DNA of 64,000 nt, taken from an uncultured archaeon (lineage in GTDB: Archaea > Thermoplasmatota > Penumbrarchaeia > JASLWR01). Where the stretch lies: assembly GCA_964342815.1 (NCBI GenBank), contig CAYFHS010000009.1:64686-128685 (forward strand), written 5' to 3'. The translations under genes and the position numbers were made by a program. This document shows positions 62,501-64,000 of the stretch, in pieces. A model generated the notes under the pieces. That model worked only from the letters and a program-made list of their open reading frames with translations, searched no databases and was not told the DNA's origin. How positions within the stretch are numbered: the first letter of the stretch is position 1; every line of letters begins with the position of its first letter.

Positions 62501-64000
62501 TTCCGCTGTTGGGGCTGTCATCACTATCGAGACTTGGGCTGTCGTTATCAGATAACTGAATAGTCTCGGTGGCATTTCTTGTGAAATTTCCGGAGGTATC
62601 GTTCACCTGGATAGAGTAAGTTAGATTGGAAAGACTGTGATCGAGAGTAATAGTGAGGCTCCAGGTACCATCTCCATCATCATTCAATGCAACATTTCCG
62701 CTTAAACCACTGTGTGACCAGGTTACATTCACACTAGCGACTGCAATATTATCTGATACTGTAATATCGAAAAGAAAATTGTCTCCAGTTGTGCCAGTGT
62801 TGGGGCTGTTGTCATTATCAAGAGCAGGATTATCGTTATCATAAACCGGTATGGTCTCGGTGGCATTTCGGGTGTAATTTCCAGAAGTGTCGTTTACCTG
62901 AATCGAATAGGTGAGATTAGAAAGGCTATGATCAAGAGTAATGGTAAGACTCCAGGTACCATCGCCGTCATCGTTCAAGGCAATATTTCCGCCAAGGCCA
63001 CCATGAGACCAGGTTACATTTACACTGGCAACCCCTATGTTATCAGTAACATTTACATCGAAAACGTAATTGTCACCGGTGGTACCCATGTTGGGGCTGT
63101 CGTCTTTTATGAGACTCGGATTGTCGTTATCATAGACAGGGATTGTCTCCGTCGCATTTCGAGTGTAATTGCCAGAGGTGTCATTCACCTGGATCGAGTA
63201 AGTAAGATTCGAAAGACTATGGTCGAGGGTGATGGTAAGGCTCCAGGTGCCGTCTCCGTCATCGTTCATGGCTTCGTTTCCGCTGAGGCCACCATGAGAC
63301 CAGGTTACATTTACGCTGGCTACACCAATATTATCTGTCACATTGATATCGAAAACATAATTGTCACCGGTGGTACCCATGTTGGGGCTGTCGTCTTTTG
63401 CGAGGCTCGGATTGTCGTTATCATAGACAGGGATTGTCTCTGTCGCATTTCGGGTGTAATTGCCGGAGGTGTCGTTCACCTGGATCGAGTAGGTTAGATT
63501 AGAGAGACTATGGTCGAGGGTGATGGTAAGACTCCAGGTACCATCTCCGTCATTGTTCAGTGCTACGTTTCCGCTTAGACCTCCATGAGACCAGGTTACA
63601 TTAACGCTGGCAACTCCGATATTATCAGTCACATTTACATCGAAAACGTAACTGTCACCAGTGGTACCCATATTGGGGCTGTCGTCTTTTGCGAGGCTCG
63701 GATTGTCGTTATCATAGACAGGGATTGTCTCTGTCGCATTTCGGGTGTAATTGCCGGAGGTGTCGTTCACCTGGATCGAGTAGGTTAGATTAGAGAGACT
63801 ATGGTCGAGGGTGATGGTAAGACTCCAGGTACCATCTCCGTCATTGTTCATTGCTACATTTCCACTTAGACCTCCATGAGACCAGGTTACATTAACGCTT
63901 GCAACTCCGATATTATCAGTCGCATTTACATCGAAAACGTAACTGTCACCTGTAGTTCCGCTGTTGGGGCTGTCATCACTATCGAGACTTGGGCTGTCGT
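53559..64000 (-). CDS. Giant (>3400 aa, 5'-truncated) repeat adhesin/surface glycoprotein with PKD domains, TM and four cytoplasmic zinc ribbons
   Basis: The frame stays open from 63851 to the window end; 97-aa repeats; two PKD domains; HLTIFAPL; TM; four CxxC-x10-CxxC. Confidence 0.93.
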   Translation of the reverse strand, partial: DSPSLDSDDSPNSGTTGDSYVFDVNATDNIGVASVNVTWSHGGLSGNVAMNNDGDGTWSLTITLDHSLSNLTYSIQVNDTSGNYTRNATETIPVYDNDNPSLAKDDSPNMGTTGDSYVFDVNVTDNIGVASVNVTWSHGGLSGNVALNNDGDGTWSLTITLDHSLSNLTYSIQVNDTSGNYTRNATETIPVYDNDNPSLAKDDSPNMGTTGDNYVFDINVTDNIGVASVNVTWSHGGLSGNEAMNDDGDGTWSLTITLDHSLSNLTYSIQVNDTSGNYTRNATETIPVYDNDNPSLIKDDSPNMGTTGDNYVFDVNVTDNIGVASVNVTWSHGGLGGNIALNDDGDGTWSLTITLDHSLSNLTYSIQVNDTSGNYTRNATETIPVYDNDNPALDNDNSPNTGTTGDNFLFDITVSDNIAVASVNVTWSHSGLSGNVALNDDGDGTWSLTITLDHSLSNLTYSIQVNDTSGNFTRNATETIQLSDNDSPSLDSDDSPNSGTTGDNFVFNITLSDNIAVPSVNVTWSHGGLSSNSAMNDDGDGTWSLTITLDHSVNDLYYSVQVNDSSGNYFRQSQQTVSVSDNDNPTQVSNDSPGTGTTGDAFTFDINLTDNIGVITVNVTWSHGGLGGDQAMNDDGDGTWSLTVNLDHNLGNMIYYYIARDNAGNSLNSGIQTVTVSDNDNPAQNYDNSSNMGTTGDSFIFDIAVSDNIAVGSINVTWTHGNLGGNKALNDDGDGTWSLTITLDHSLNNFNYSIQVNDTSGNFIRNATESIPVYDNDNPGTDNDNSPNSGSTGDNYVFDITVSDNIAVATVNVTWSHSGLGANEAMNDDGDGTWSLTITLDHSLSNLTYSIQVNDTSGNYSRNATETVPVYDNDNPSLVNDDSPNSGTSGANFVFDITVSDNIGIGSVNVTWSHGGLGGNEAMNNDGDGTWSLTITLDNSVGNLTYSIQVNDTSGNYSRNATETVSVADDANPTLDNDDSPDSGTTGDNYVFNITASDNVAVVSVNVTWAHGGLGGNVAMNDDGDGTWSLTITLDHSLSNLTYSIQVNDTSGNYSRNATETVPVYDNDNPNLDNDNSPNNGTTGDNYVFDITVSDNIGVASVNVTWSHGGLSGNDAMNNDGDGTWSLTITIDHSLSNLTYSIQLNDTSGNYTRNATETITVYDNDNPTLDNDNSPNIGTTGDNYLFDITGSDNVGIGSVNVSWYHGGLSGNDAMNNDGDGTWSLTITLDHSLSNLTYSIQVNDTSGNYSRNATETITVYDNDNPSFAKDDSPIMGTTGDNYVFDVNVTDNIGVASVNVTWSHGGLSGNNAMNNDGDGTWSLTIILDHSLSNLSYSIQVNDTSGNYSRNATETITVYDNDNPSLAKDDSPNMGTTGDNYVFDVNVTDNIGVASVNVTWSHGGLSGNNAMNNDGDGTWSLTITLDHSLSNLTYSIQVNDTSGNYSRNATEMIRVYDNDNPTLDNDNSPNSGTTGDNYVFNITVSDNIGIASVNVTWSHGGLSGNEPMNNYGNGTWTLTISLDQSVSNLTYSIQVNDTSSNYSRNATEIITVFDNDNPTLDNDDSPNNGTTGDNFVFDIAVSDNMGVASVNVTWSHGARGGNEAMNNDGDGTWSLTITLDHSLSNLTYSIQVNDTSGNYTRNATETIPVYDNDNPSLVNDDSPNSGTTGDNYEFNITVSDNIGIAGVNVTWSHGGLSGNDAMNNDGDGTWSLTITLDHSLSNLTYSIQVNDTSGNYTRNATEHILVYDNDIPGLANDDSPNSGTTGDSYIFNITVSDNIGVATVNVTWSHGGLSNNEAMNDDGDGTWSLTITLDHSLSNLTYSIQVNDTSGNYSRNATETVSVSDNDIPSIVKDDSLNNGTTGDNYVFNITVSDNIAVAGLNVTWSHGGLGGNEAMNDDGDGTWSLTIILDHSLSDLTYSIQINDSTGNYHRNATETISIYDNDDPSIDNDSSSNSGTTGDSYVFDIRVTDNIGVASVNVTWSHGGLSGNTALNNDGDGTWSLTITLDHSLSNLVYSIQVNDTSGNYSRNATETIPVFDNDNPSVNNDDSPNGGTTGDSFVYDITVSDNIAVASVNVSWTHGGRSGNDAMNNDGDGTWSLTITLDHSIADLTYSIQVNDTSGNFYRNATETVSISDDDNPILINDNSANSGTTGDNYVFNITVSDNVHVAGVNVTWSHGNISENIALSDDGDGTWSLTITLDHNLSNLTYSIQVNDSSGNYNRNETETISVSDNDSPQLIGDDSPFTGTTGDNYTFNISATDNIDVDVIFVNWTHGNRSGNQSLERGQGYWFLSIVLDDDLGDLIYKIFVNDTSQNIDIGPQWNVLIQDNDAPLFDSDSSPAVGYTGDYYRFNITASDNIDVLEVSVNYSHGKLGDNVSLFLNDGYWSTTILLDDSLANLNYYVIISDTSNNYNLSSLLYAAMIDNDIPLLLKDNSGNTATTGDDFHFNISAFDNIGISAVHINYSHWADGGNVSLNNIEGYWHNTIRLEHNLELITYVIHMEDTSGNINKSGLRTVKVYDNDLPSLISDETTGDPTTGDQYMVLLDAGDNIGVNSVTLRYTFDDTNYHIEPMIPNIEDLWYVIIDVPTDANFLLYFFHIRDSSGNYLNISQPQKTVEDNDAPSINEILMGPPETGEILDITINVSDNMDVISVSLRYSFDGSEYLLSEFEYKSFGIWTSSIRVSNAALFMNYSFVLRDLSLNEHTSEYFQIEVYDVIDPVARVKGDIIIDQHRTAFFDGGASTDNLDIKEYIWTFLYDDIEQELNGTETFFKFDSAGRYLITLKVSDFYNNWDLNHFNVTVTDTTLPVAEAGDDVYIAVHDRVCFNGTGSSDNLGVAEWSWSFFYGGVIVELHGNRTCYTFDNHGDYLVNLRIRDAAGLESTDSLTVYVGVVITTEIGEGNVTEKSIKDQFGNVVANVRVSGNGTLYVKKMEWNEVSSKVDRATGNTLDLGLFLEIELEEFDWIYIEIPYSDSDIPPGVDVKSMKLYFWNESASKWEVIEKSGVDLTRKVVWGNITHLTIFAPLAVVEETDVEEGLSSRTVLFAAIIVVLVIMNIVFIVMVLRKRGGAGDKSKDELGPDDEPLEVEEISAPICAECGEEIPDYSEFCPHCGVAVESEEDEKVIKDDEKKEKKEIQVEEKKEDKVEDKDRKKKDTFVDAPEEKNVCPECWEDLSSGDKVCIHCGYTPLTDGEPESEEDAAVDEEKEIIKPGGKTAKEIDEVFDEIEDISMEDAVQEAAEKVLEQGVASEETEKIIGELAARVVDTGEISEDEPIESVDERFQPVDEQADSAWSEETLAPEKKEDLDSKEPEYGLAIIEEEKTVLRCPDCEAFITPGDSICVSCGAELSKWVDQLDRLGAELDELDMEEEEEESGKVVGMLEEAMESAKDIEVKLFENYEIEYQCPICENIVEEDTSFCPNCGIRYEDEKASLSKWTDDEVSLGLKGRYLEADEDYDFEIIFNPQGSEKNRYITISSPTKEKP
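57150..64000 (-). repeat. Intragenic 291-bp (97-aa) tandem repeat, at least 23 conserved units plus ~5 divergent units to ~55870
   Basis: Recurrent NDDGDGTWSLTITLDHSLSNLTYSIQVNDTSGN...VYDNDNP; 63382-63559 is identical to 63673-63850. Confidence 0.95.

Noticed and set aside
63849-63851. Start codon of the giant gene as given in the ORF track
   Set aside because: It is an internal Met within a repeat; the frame is open to 64000

Overview
Archaeal chromosomal segment, most consistent with Thermoplasmatota. The lineage call rests on a stand-alone archaeal 16S rRNA gene, the rpoE1-spt4-DUF359-rps24e-rps27ae block and many TM-anchored surface proteins with zinc-ribbon tails. The window is flanked by two large truncated minus-strand surface-protein genes: a transglutaminase/Ig-like protein (1-3466, absent from the supplied ORF track) and a >3400-aa adhesin-like protein built from 97-aa repeats (53559-64000). 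In between are a thiolase plus HAD/ECH pair, msrAB, LamG, PKD and NEW3/CARDB surface proteins, a bioB-bioF-bioD-bioA operon with a BirA-type operator that is coupled to agmatinase, a bacterial-type RNase PH, tsr3, a KaiC/RAD55 ATPase with a helical protein and a J-domain protein, an Xdh-family molybdoenzyme operon, an Sm-like protein and a GlmU-like enzyme. I recognised no transposase, integrase, Cas gene, CRISPR array or tRNA. The least explained signals are non-coding: an exact 20 x 23-bp tandem array (8930-9389), a ~170-nt multi-hairpin structure with an alternative fold in a long 5' leader (22801-22975), and a ~320-bp mosaic of nested inverted repeats and CTTTAC-NN-GTAAAG palindromes upstream of the biotin operon (28254-28574). 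All domain calls come from motif recognition by eye, not from database searches.
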